Shown piece by piece: positions 52,001-62,161 of a stretch of 64,000 nucleotides of DNA (position 1 is its first letter; each line of letters opens with the position of its first letter). The notes under the pieces were generated by a model that saw nothing but the letters and a program-made list of their open reading frames with translations, had not been told where the DNA came from and ran no database searches. The DNA is from Piromyces finnis finn (taxonomy: Eukaryota; Fungi; Neocallimastigomycota). Both the position numbers and the translations under genes were made by a program. The stretch lies in NCBI GenBank assembly GCA_002104945.1, contig MCFH01000037.1, positions 310,001-374,000 of the forward strand, written 5' to 3'.

Positions 52001-53572
52001 AGTAAATTCTTTGGAAAGATCATCTGTAGAAACATTAGGATCGTTGAATTTTGCTGAAAGTATTTGGAATTTATTATGACTGAGAATAGATTCCTTTTCC
52101 TCAATACATTTTAATCTATTCCATTTCAGAATTTTCTTAGGAACGTTAAAGTCATTAGAAAAATCTTCCATAGGAATAATTTTACCATTAATAAGAAGTG
52201 GCTTATGGTCTGATACAGGATAAAAATTATTTATAAATGATCCTGAGTGAATAAGATCTTTCATCTTCGAATTGATAAGAGCATGGTCAATGTCGGAAGA
52301 TTGTTCACCTCGAGTCCAAGAGATAGTCGACCCTCTAAGCGGAAGAATTTCCCAATCTCCTAATCCATTAGTTGATAACCAATTGGATAATTTTACTTTA
52401 GACATATTAAAATCACCAACAAGAATCGATGGATGGGATGAATGAGTTTGTAACCACAAGCGAACTTCTAACTTTGCATGATCAACATAGATGTTGTGAT
52501 GACTATGAGGCATATAAACATTTCCAATCGAGCATTTGAATCTATTCCAGAGACTAAAAGTATAAATAGAAATAATATACTTTCCAGAGAAGTTTTCAAG
52601 TGAGGCTTGACACGAATTGTGAAAACCTAAATATAAACCTCTCATTCCAGGAACTGATTCGTCAGCTTTCTTGAAAAAGTGTCTATAGTTTCGCAAAGTA
52701 ACACGACAAGGATAATCTGTATTCGAACCAGAACCATTACCAGTTTCTTGGAAACATAAAAATAATGGTTTGAAAATAGCTGTGAAATAGCTAATACTAT
52801 CTCTCTTTTCATGATTCCACCCATTGGTGTTCCAACTAAGACAAAAAGAAAAGTTATTAGGCTTGTTGGATGAGGAAGAATCGTTGCTATTATTATTATT
52901 ATCAAGGTCATCATTATTAATGGATGATGCATCAGAGGAATAAGTAGAACTATTACTAGATGGCTGTGAAACTGAAGAACTATCAACTATTGAACTGTTA
53001 GCAGAGTTGATAGAGCTATTAGAATTAATTGTTGAATGTTGAGATTGAAATTGTGTTAGCTGTAGATCTGGAATATTTTCATGATGGGAAACTTGTTGAA
53101 GATCTTGTTGAAGATCTTGTTGAAGATCGGATTGTTGATGAGATTGTTGAACTGATTGTTGAAATGATTGTTGGAATGATTGTTGAATAGAATGTTGATG
53201 TTTATTAGAAACTAAAATTTTACGTTTGAGAGTGGAAAAAGTGTATTTGTGATTCCTTCTACTACGAGCTGAAAAGGAAATTGAGGTAACTGAAAGTTTC
53301 TTCTTTAACATGTGTAAGATTTTAATACAATCTTTTGATGAACCATGAACCTTGACTAAGAAAAAGTGATCATTGAAAGTCTGAAAATATTTAACACTAA
53401 TAACTGAATTAAATTTATCTTCTAGAATAACCTCGAGTTTTTCCCATAGCATATTTACTGACCATGATCGAATACCACGGATAAAGAAGGAGCGAATATC
53501 ATCTAAGGGGATACCATAAGACCGGGTACCACGTCTGATATAATTCTTATCTTTAATATAAAGGACTGACAT
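49046..53572 (-). CDS. LINE polyprotein, 1508 aa: putative RRM-like N-terminus, Q/S/N linker, apurinic endonuclease, reverse transcriptase, CCHC knuckle
   Basis: APE motifs SWNTNG, FQETG, VGDFN, DIDH, SDHKP; RT motifs YRGISL, EQFGFR, LDLRKAYDS, GVRQGCPLSP, LFADD, YLGV; CPCC..SIKHWLLDC. Confidence 0.96.
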   Translation of the reverse strand: MSVLYIKDKNYIRRGTRSYGIPLDDIRSFFIRGIRSWSVNMLWEKLEVILEDKFNSVISVKYFQTFNDHFFLVKVHGSSKDCIKILHMLKKKLSVTSISFSARSRRNHKYTFSTLKRKILVSNKHQHSIQQSFQQSFQQSVQQSHQQSDLQQDLQQDLQQVSHHENIPDLQLTQFQSQHSTINSNSSINSANSSIVDSSSVSQPSSNSSTYSSDASSINNDDLDNNNNSNDSSSSNKPNNFSFCLSWNTNGWNHEKRDSISYFTAIFKPLFLCFQETGNGSGSNTDYPCRVTLRNYRHFFKKADESVPGMRGLYLGFHNSCQASLENFSGKYIISIYTFSLWNRFKCSIGNVYMPHSHHNIYVDHAKLEVRLWLQTHSSHPSILVGDFNMSKVKLSNWLSTNGLGDWEILPLRGSTISWTRGEQSSDIDHALINSKMKDLIHSGSFINNFYPVSDHKPLLINGKIIPMEDFSNDFNVPKKILKWNRLKCIEEKESILSHNKFQILSAKFNDPNVSTDDLSKEFTSTAFSIADELSITSANNVIKSSFHISQQIFNLQKIKMKLYKRFKKERIYDIDEFIKRIKIYRKLIDYIHKRCNEFRKQEYLHWIKTGCEYMKSHNPKKAWKWIKKTAKIGKDSFFIAQPIKNKNGELVVATEEQLDVWHDHFENLASDPSGVSLDLEHWYEEPTNKRFSLPMLDEWDINQDISIDEVKSAILSTPNYKASGPDGIPIEFYKALIPSSNDSNNATDNNSSGNTTSDNDSYGLNFILKLYNRIWDGDFPNSWNESSIVSIPKKGDLTDCDNYRGISLINNGIKLISKIVTTRISEYGLKNNFIRPEQFGFRKKEESISLFISIQEICRRRQLDNKETYLAFLDLRKAYDSVPIGNILHKLDCLGIRGKSLQFIKNLYLTSKANVKLDGQFSKSFDVKKGVRQGCPLSPILFNLFINDIFKECEDLGVSLGDTRCCGGLFADDIVICAPTRGCLKKMLRRVNEWALYNEMEFGIQKCSTMVIRPESIENQNKRDPTFYLAGQPIPTTDCYTYLGVPFDKNLSLKPVIKALNNKVLKGLFSVSKFLRNPNIPIPFKKLVLNSQVISRVSYFAPLLGSNKARSRIAQKHVNKGIRWVAGVHKAVSFISLYSISKDLNIPPLSAKCALAQVRCFNKWKNSNCIISHLVNYIPKFRKYTWCKSSRTLDKKLKKHGDVKAVKNFYWKDLKGNSIKAQYYDDNKFIDTKDFIKLCYEYPEFAYGFYWLLKARSGYKLDARVAKAAKFVDPVCPNYCPCCKCGDQSIKHWLLDCPTFRDIRIKHYDSIVQLLNFFSQRNSNSPINNNEIDNISRDSNNINSNSNNSNNNNSNSNNSNNNNSSNRNNNISNDSNSEDNNSNLDSNLVNDSNSSNNPVNINVYDYSSVCSKIFKFLLGGRSFNNINYNSREWKELCKRQIQSGTNEGTPFLTVTAELLTKIMPFAIGQQWSMFKRFEATSKSVNAEETVRQARRASATNGDHNFVP

Positions 53573-54222
53573 GATAATTAATTCTAATTAAAAAAAATTG
53601 AATATAAAATAAATACTAATAAAAAATATAAATATAACATATATGGAAAAAAATCTGTCTCTCTCTCTCTTCTTAAAAGTACTGGATAGTACAAAAATTG
53701 TTACGATGCTTCGTTTAAAGTTTCTTTTTTTTTTTTTGAATTCTAGTTGTAAATTTTCTTTAAAAATTCTAGTTTTGGTTTGTTGTTAGTAAATTCGATT
53801 CGCTTTTTGACACTAAAATTGTTTGACTTTACTTTTCATTAAATATTTAAATTGGTAAAAAATTTGAATCAAGAATGTCGACACCAGAAAGCTTGTGAAT
53901 AGTATTTTTACATGATGTAGAGTGAATCAGTCTCTTACAAGAAACAATACAACAATAGCTACATGAATATAAAAATACAATGCAAATGCTAAAGTTGACT
54001 ACATTGGATTCTTACAAGAGAAGAGTAGTACTACAAGAATACATGAATAAAAGAAAAAATACAGCAACAAAATGTATTACTCTTCTAATTAAATACTATA
54101 CAAACTTACCTGAGTATCAAACATTCAACTTATTCATCAAATACTTAAATTCGATGAATAAAATGTTTTTTAATCGCTCAGTACCATGAGCTTAGTCCTA
54201 ATAATTTTCCCTTAAAGACTAA

Positions 54223-54468
54223 CCAAGCATCCATTGCGCAATGCTTGGATTTAATTCTTTCTACTCTCTCAGTACCATGAGCATGAGTAGACCCCCTTGA
54301 TAAACTCCATTTATTAAATAAATGAAGGCACGTTCCTAAGAGGGCACCAAGCATCCATTGCGCAATACTTGGATTTAATTCTTTCTACTCTCTCAGTACC
54401 ATGAGCATGAGTAGACCCCCTTGAGAAACTACATTTATTAAATAAATGAAGGCACGTTCCCAAGAGGG
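54223..54468 (-). repeat. Two tandem 124-bp monomers forming the extreme 5' end of the LINE (54468-54347, 54344-54223), plus a partial hairpin copy at 54176-54191
   Basis: The units differ at 4 positions; strong hairpins on the element-sense strand. Confidence 0.93.
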
Positions 54469-54480
54469 TATATATACATG
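54469..54480. repeat. Target-site duplication, right copy (TATATATACATG)
   Basis: Immediately adjacent to the first base of the 5' monomer; matches 46166-46177. Confidence 0.85.
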
Positions 54481-55189
54481 TGTTCAATATAAAAAACATA
54501 TGAATTAAACTTATGATCTACGTGTTTTAGAGTTTGTTATTTTTATTGCTGAATGATATAATATCCTATTATATAACAATAAAACTTTCTCTCTTTGTTA
54601 ACATTAATAAAATCACTTATTTTAATAAAATTTCTTTCACATTATATATAAACATATAATAAAATATTTCTTTTTAAGAAAAATTAATTTTGTTTATTTA
54701 TTTTCTTTTTTACATTAGAAATAATATATATTAAAAATCATAATTATGGATAGATTTTCTTTAGTTTATATATATTAATCCGTTTTTATTTTACACATAA
54801 TTTTTGATTTATATAAAAAAATAAAATTATTAATATCTATTTAATACATATTTTTTAAACGATTGAATATAGAACGTTTTTTCTTACTATATTACTTTCG
54901 ATCATAAAAAATAACAATAAACATTCTTTATCATCATTAGTGCTTTTTATATATTGATTTAATTTTATTTATATGTTTTAAAAATCTTTTTTTTTTTTTA
55001 ATTTAAATGTTCTATAAAAATATTATATAAAAATAGATTTTATTTATGTCCTATTAAATTTATAGAAGATATATTATATTAAAATTTATAGGTTAATCAA
55101 TTAGAACATTTAATCTATAATTCTTATTATATTTTAAAATTTTTTTAAATATAATAAGAATATTATATATATATAAAGAATTATTTTAT

Positions 55190-56620
55190 TTATTTGTAAG
55201 CTTCAAGTCCAAGACATTCATCCATAGTAACTGAAATATAACCTTGCTTTTTCATGTAATCAATTTCCTTTTCAGCTAATTCAAGTAACTTATTCTTAGT
55301 AATACCTCCATAATAGTTATGGTTTAAGGAAAGAATTGGCTTTCCTTGGTACTTCTTAAATTGTGAAAGAGCATAATCAACACCTCTTTGATCCCAATCT
55401 AAAGTATCAACATTCCATAAAATAGCAGCAGAATAACCAAGATCACCAAGGGTCTTTGCAATACTAACGTTACCATCACCACTACCATAAGGTGGACGCA
55501 TAAATGCTGGTTTCTTACCAATGTATTTGTAAATGTAGTCTTCAAGTTGAGTCATTTCTTTAATTAATTCGCTCTTGGAAATTTTAGCAATATCAGCATG
55601 AGACCAAGTGTGAGAGGCAACGATATGACCGTCCTTATCCATTCTTTGAATGATATTCTTAGCTTTAGTTGTCTTGATGTCCATAACATTAGCACCATTA
55701 ATGAAGAAAGTGGCTTTAACACCCTTTTTCTTGAGTAAATCAAGTAAGTCCATATCATAATCGTATGGTCCATCATCAAAAGTAAGAGCCCAATGTTTCT
55801 TATTAATACAGGAATCGTAATATTTGAGACCAGTACTAGAAGATATAGCACCACATTGACCAAAGGATGATTGACAACCAGTAGTACAATGATCTGAAGA
55901 AACACCACAATAACCATATTGAGAACAGCATTGACCTTCTGGACAAGAACCGAATTCAGTACCACATCTACCATTGGTTGAGGTTACAGTAGCCTTTTTA
56001 GTTGTTGTTGCCATTTTAGTGGTGGCGGTTGTCTTTTTAACACTAGTCTTTTTATTGGTAGTTGAACCACATTGACCAAAGGATGATTGACAACCAGTAG
56101 TACAATGATCTGAAGAAACACCACAATAACCATATTGAGAACAGCATTGACCTTCTGGACAAGAACCGAATTCAGCACCACATCTACCATTGGTTGAGGT
56201 TACAGTAGCCTTTTTAGTTGTTGTTGCCATTTTAGTGGTAGTTGTCTTTTTAACACTAGTCTTTTTAGTGGTAGTAGTTGTCTTTTTAACACTAGTCTTT
56301 TTAGTGGTAGTAGTTGTCTTTTTAACACTAGTCTTTTTAGTGGTAGTAGTTGTCTTTTTGACACTAGTTTTTTTAGTGGTAGTGGTTTTTTTAGCACTAG
56401 TTTTTTTAGTGGTAGTTTTTTTATTTTGTAAACAGGTACCATAGTTAATGTTACATCCGGCACCACAGTATTCTGAAGTTACACCACAGTAACCATATTT
56501 TGAACAGCATGTACCCTTTGGGCAAGAGCCATAGCCCTTACCACATCTTCCATCAGCAGAAACTGAAGATGCAGTGGATACTAATGCAATTGATGCTAAA
56601 ATAAAGTTAATAAACTTCAT
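55190..56620 (-). CDS. Secreted chitin/polysaccharide deacetylase (CE4, NodB) with three CBM18 (hevein) domains and K/T-rich repeat linkers, 476 aa
   Basis: Three GRCG..CP.G.CCS.YGYCG repeats; CE4 motifs TFDDGP, HTWSH, RPPYG, DTLDW, LSLNH. Confidence 0.94.
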   Translation of the reverse strand: MKFINFILASIALVSTASSVSADGRCGKGYGSCPKGTCCSKYGYCGVTSEYCGAGCNINYGTCLQNKKTTTKKTSAKKTTTTKKTSVKKTTTTTKKTSVKKTTTTTKKTSVKKTTTTTKKTSVKKTTTTKMATTTKKATVTSTNGRCGAEFGSCPEGQCCSQYGYCGVSSDHCTTGCQSSFGQCGSTTNKKTSVKKTTATTKMATTTKKATVTSTNGRCGTEFGSCPEGQCCSQYGYCGVSSDHCTTGCQSSFGQCGAISSSTGLKYYDSCINKKHWALTFDDGPYDYDMDLLDLLKKKGVKATFFINGANVMDIKTTKAKNIIQRMDKDGHIVASHTWSHADIAKISKSELIKEMTQLEDYIYKYIGKKPAFMRPPYGSGDGNVSIAKTLGDLGYSAAILWNVDTLDWDQRGVDYALSQFKKYQGKPILSLNHNYYGGITKNKLLELAEKEIDYMKKQGYISVTMDECLGLEAYK

Positions 56621-56624
56621 TATA

Positions 56625-56763
56625 TTTTTTATTTATTTTTTTTTTTATTTATTTTTTTTTTTATTTATTTTTTTTTTTATTTATTTTTTTTTTTTATTTA
56701 TTTTTTTTTTTATTTATTTTTTTTTTTATTTATTTTTTTTTTTATTTATTTTTTTTTTTTTTT
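56625..56763. repeat. (T10-12 ATTTA)n tract; A-rich on the coding strand, directly upstream of the CE4 start codon
   Basis: Read directly from the sequence. Confidence 0.85.
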
Positions 56764-57033
56764 GTTTTAAAAAAAAAAAAGAATTGTAACACTTTATATA
56801 TATAATTATTTGTTTTTTTTGTGTTTAATTAAATATTTACATCTTATTGATTATTAATTTTTGAATATATTAACTATATTTATTATATAATTTTATTTAT
56901 ATTATTTTACATAATCAGTGAAAGAAGTGTATAATTTTTTTTAAAAAAAATTTCATTTGTATTCAATTACATTTATTATATTTTTAATCAATTAATTGTA
57001 ATAATGTTTTGAGTTTAATTACTTTTAATGAAG

Positions 57034-57101
57034 CTTAAATATTACAGATTAACTCTATGCCTTAAAACTTAAATATTACAGATTAACTCTATGCCTTAAA
57101 A
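57034..57101. repeat. Exact 34-bp tandem duplication
   Basis: CTTAAATATTACAGATTAACTCTATGCCTTAAAA twice. Confidence 0.9.
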
Positions 57102-59447
57102 ATATTGTATAAAAGCTGTTTATTATTTATTTTAAATATTGTTAGAATATTTTCTTATCTATTTTATTACTCAACTAAAAAAAAAAAATATTTGAGGTTT
57201 AGAAAAAAAATAAAATTTTAAGTGTGATATACTTTTTTATATATATGATATGTAGTACAAAATATATTAATCTTGATAGAAAAAGAAAGAATTAAAATAA
57301 CTTTAATAAATATTATTTTAATTAAATATCTCTACCTTACATAACTACTTTAACAAGAATATTTTTATGAAAAAAATAAAAAGGTATATATTAATAATAA
57401 ATTAATAAAAAAAGCGCTGTTATCATTTATTACTATTAGTATTTCTAATTTCTCAAATTATTGTATTTCGAAATGGTTAATAAATATATTTTTGAAAATA
57501 ATAAATATATATATGTTAGAGAAATTAATTTATATATAAATTTAATTAATATATTTCCTTTTTTAATTTATAAAAATGACTTTTTTTTACAATTAATGGT
57601 TTACTATAATTTTTAATGTTTCATATAACTTATAAATAATGAATGAATAATTATAGAATTTGCCATATACACTAATTTAATAATTAATTTATTAATTTCT
57701 AAAAAAAAAATAACCATTTTCATATATCATGTAATAAATATAGATTTAAATCCATTATTCAATTCTTTTCTGAAAATACAATAATTAAATATTTATTGCA
57801 TTTTCTATAATTTCATCATAATTTTTATTGAAGCATTTCATATATAAAACTTAAAATGGTCACAATTAATATCTATAAAAAATGTTCCTTATGGCAATTC
57901 TTTTTTTTTTTTGTATTCATATTAGATAATTAAAATATAATGAAAAAATAATTATTGTAATTAAATACAATTAAATTAATTTCATTTAATATATGAAGTA
58001 TTTTAAAATTCTACAATATTTCAAAAGTTCTCTATAACTTATTATAGTATTTTATATATTTATATAATTTTTATATTTGTTATTAGTTATTATTATTCTA
58101 TAGATAAAAAAATAAGTATAAAATGGAATGATATATATTATATAATATATATTATATTATTAACATGGTTTTTGAAAATAATTAATTTACACTTTGTTTA
58201 TTTTCTTTAAAAATCTTCTCTATCATAGTCACATTTTACATATCAATATTTATAAAATAAATATATTAAATTAACTTTCCAAGTAATATTATTAAAAATA
58301 TTATTAATAATATTACCTACCACACTTTTTATATACATACTTAATAATGAAGTATTAAAAGTAAAGCATAGTAAAAGCGCATTAAATATTTTCATTCATC
58401 ATCATAAGAATTGTTGTTTTATATTGTAGTTAAATAATAGTAAGGTATATTTTTATTATTATAACTCTATATTACTTATATTCTATCCCTACATAAAATA
58501 TAATAATTATAATTCTAAAAGTATTATCTATTCCATTAGAAAATAATTAAAAATTAGGCTTGTTATAAAATTAATACACATAATCAAAAAAAAACATAAT
58601 ATTCATATAATATTGAAGATAAATATATCTTTTTCTGAAAATTCAAAAAAATATTCATTATATGAATAAATAAATGAGTAAAAATAATAAGTATTTAATT
58701 GTTTTATTTATAAAAGAAATATTCTAATCCTTTGAAAATTCATTGAAATAAAAAATATAAGCAGTTTCTAAAAAAGAAAAAAAAAAAAAAAGAAAGAAAA
58801 TGATACTCTAATTATATACAAAAAGGTTTACTCTAAATTAATAATACTCGAATATTTGACTTTTTTTTTATTTTTCTTTACTACGTATTGTTTTTATTTG
58901 TTTTATTTTGTTATGGTTAGTTATATAGTTATATAAGAGAAAAAGAATAATCATTACAAATTATATTCAATATGCTTTCAAATTATAAATAATTAATATA
59001 TAAATGATTAATAATATCATTAATTACTATATTCTTTTATTATTTTTTTTTGTTTGTTTGTTTATCAAATAAATATGTATAAAACAAATTTTTTCTATAA
59101 AAATACAAAATAGTAATTGATAATATCACTTAATTATCAATCTTATATATATATATATATAGTGTGATTATTTATGATTTATTAACATAACTTTTTTTTT
59201 CAAGATTTTTTTTTTTTTACAAACTTACATATTAGACAGCATTAATCTTCTTTGAATAAATGAAATAAAGTAGTAAAAGTTCTATAAATAATCCATTGCA
59301 TATTGTTGAAATGATAATAAATAATACAAAATAAATAGACAATTATAAGATTTTTATAGGACTTCAAAATATTTTCTTTACAAAAGTTTATTCTTCTATC
59401 ATATAATTTAATATGTTTTTTTTTTATAATAATATAATTTTATAAAA

Positions 59448-59708
<261 letters not shown>

Positions 59709-60441
59709 AATATATCTTATAGGGTTAAATCTTTTATATTTTATGGTTATTTCATTATTTTTTATATTACTTATTTAAAGTAACATATACATAATATATA
59801 TTTTTATAATTAAATGATTATAACAAAATATGAGAATAAGTTGAAAATTAAAATTTTTAAAATTTTCAAATTTAACTATTGGTTGATTAAATTACAATAA
59901 TGTGGTAATTTTTAGCAAATTAAATTTTTTGTAATATCCATAAATTTTTTATGAAATAAATATTAGTTAATTTGTATCAAACAAATGTAGAGAATAAATA
60001 TTAAACCATAGTATTTAACAAATATTACACCATTCCTATTGATGTCAATTCTTTGTTACCTTTTTTTATTAAATTTTAATATTAACAAATTTTATTAATT
60101 TAATAATTTTATATAGATTTTATCTTTTTTAAAAAAGTAATATTTTAAATATATTTCATCTTTATTCAATTATATAGAAAAAAAAAAAAAGTAGAATTTA
60201 GATAAATAAGTTTAAATCTTTAATCTTTCAAAAAAAAAATATAAAAAGTGTTAAAAAGACCTTTTTTTTTTATATCATCAATACTTTCTACAGTTTTAAA
60301 TTATTTTATGTTAAAATTATTTTAGTAATATAATAAAATAAAGTTTTATATTTAATCATAAAACAAAATTAAAACTAATATTATTATAGTTCAACAATAA
60401 ATATTTTATTAATACAATTAAAATTTTAAATACAAAACAAA

Positions 60442-61362
60442 ATGCCAATTAAGCACAGCGTTATAGAACTTATTGGAAACACCCCTCTTGTTCAACTTCA
60501 TAAATTTGAAGCTGGTGGTGATGCTAATATTATTGCTAAACTTGAATATTTCAATCCAGGATCAAGTGTTAAGGATAGAATTGCTCTTGCTTTAATTGAA
60601 GATGCTGAAGAAAAAGGTATTCTTAAGCCAGATTCAATAATTATTGAACCAACTAGTGGTAACACTGGTATTGGTTTAGCTTCTGTTGGTCGCGCTAAAG
60701 GCTATCGTGTTATTATTGTATTACCAGATAGTATGTCTATTGAACGTCGTAAGCTTATTCAAGGTTTTGGTGCTGAATTGGTTCTTACTCCAGGAAAGGA
60801 AGGCATGAAGGGTGCTGTTGATAAGGCTAATGAAATTGCTGCTGAATATCCAAACTCTTTTATTCCCCAGCAATTCAACAATCCAGCTAATGCAGCTTAT
60901 CATGAACGTGTAACCGGTGAAGAAATATGGAGAGATTCTGAAGGTAAGGTTGATTTCTTTGTTGCTGGTGTTGGTACTGGTGGTACAGTTTCAGGTGTTG
61001 GTGCCTCTTTAAAGAAACATAATCCAAATGTTAAGATTGTTGCAGTTGAACCAGCAGATTCTCCATTAATTACTACAGGTAAAGCTGGTCCACATAAGAT
61101 TCAAGGTATCGGTGCTAACTTTATTCCACAAAATTATCACCCAGAAATTGTCGATGAAGTTATTACTATTACTTCAGAAGAAAGTGCTAAGAGTGTTCAT
61201 GATTTAAGTCAAAGTGAAGGTATCCTTGTTGGTATTTCATCAGGTGCTGCTCTTGCTGCTGCCAGAAAGCTTGCTAGCAGACCAGAAAATGCTGGTAAAA
61301 ATATTGTTGCTTTACTTCCTGATAGTGGTGAACGTTATCTTTCTACCTGGCTTTTTAACTAA
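60442..61362 (+). CDS. cysK: Cysteine synthase A (O-acetylserine sulfhydrylase), bacterial type, 306 aa
   Basis: IGNTPLV, PLP-lysine motif NPGSSVKDRIA, EPTSGNTGIG, QQFNNPAN, GVGTGGT, GPHKIQGIG, PDSGERYLST; no introns and no organellar leader. Confidence 0.95.
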   Translation: MPIKHSVIELIGNTPLVQLHKFEAGGDANIIAKLEYFNPGSSVKDRIALALIEDAEEKGILKPDSIIIEPTSGNTGIGLASVGRAKGYRVIIVLPDSMSIERRKLIQGFGAELVLTPGKEGMKGAVDKANEIAAEYPNSFIPQQFNNPANAAYHERVTGEEIWRDSEGKVDFFVAGVGTGGTVSGVGASLKKHNPNVKIVAVEPADSPLITTGKAGPHKIQGIGANFIPQNYHPEIVDEVITITSEESAKSVHDLSQSEGILVGISSGAALAAARKLASRPENAGKNIVALLPDSGERYLSTWLFN

Positions 61363-62161
61363 ATACCATTTATTTGAATTATAACCTATCTATATAATGT
61401 ATATAATACCTATAAAATTATCAATATAATTAAAATTTAATAATTTAGAATTTTAATTTATAATTATTATTAAAAAACATAAATTTAATGTTGTAAAAAA
61501 AAAAAAAAAAATCTTTATCTTAGCTTACATAATTAACACCACATTTTTATTAATAAATAGGTAGGGAAAACAATATTTTTCCAACTTTAATTTTTTTTTT
61601 TATCTTATATATCATTTTAATTATTAATTATCATTTACAATATCAAACTATGATACTAATAGTATAAAATAATTAATCATCTTCTAATTTTATATATATT
61701 ATATATATTATAATATTGAAAATAATCATTAATTTAAATAATATAATTAATAACATTATTAATAAATTATAAATATTATACATTATACATTATACTTTTA
61801 AATATTTTACTATTTATGAAAAAAATAAAGTGTAATCTTTTTTTTATTTTTAAAAAAATACAACATCCTTATTTAAATTATATTTTTAATTGTATATTTT
61901 TAATTATATTTTTAATTATTAATTTTTCAATTTTCCTTTTTCAAAAGTGCTTGTGGACACTATAATAATGAAGAATAGAAAAAATCTAAATATAGTATTA
62001 TTGTTATTAATAAATAAAATAATTCTTTATTTTAATAATTTGATAATTCTTTATTTAAAATAAATCATTTATTTATTTATTTTAGTAATTATATTAATCA
62101 TTAATCTATGATAGTATTAATAAAAAAATATAGTCAAAAATGACATACTTTAAGTCTTATT

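Larger units (their letters stand above)
48781..54468 (-). mobile_element. Full-length non-LTR retrotransposon (LINE), about 5.7 kb, with ~0.9-kb 5' UTR, single ORF, ~240-nt 3' UTR and poly(A)
   Basis: Intact APE-RT ORF, poly-T run 48778-48806 on +, 5' end defined by the TSD at 54469-54480. Confidence 0.95.

Noticed and set aside
54385-54460. Collinear short blocks CGTGCC, TGTAGT, CTACTC, CTGAG resembling the mammalian 7SL Alu domain
   Set aside because: Blocks are 5-6 nt with very different spacing, one is not conserved in the second monomer, and the match was spotted post hoc; needs a covariance-model search to mean anything
54223-54468. CRISPR array or TPP riboswitch interpretation of the monomers (CUGAGA after a hairpin)
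   Set aside because: No unique spacers or cas genes; the TPP P4/P5 half (ACCUGA..GCGUAGGGA) is absent
26218-56620. A functional cell-wall/CAZyme cluster (CHS, TG-like, PL3, GH3, CE4)
   Set aside because: Genes are far apart with mixed orientation, belong to families heavily expanded in gut fungi, and no shared regulatory motif was seen
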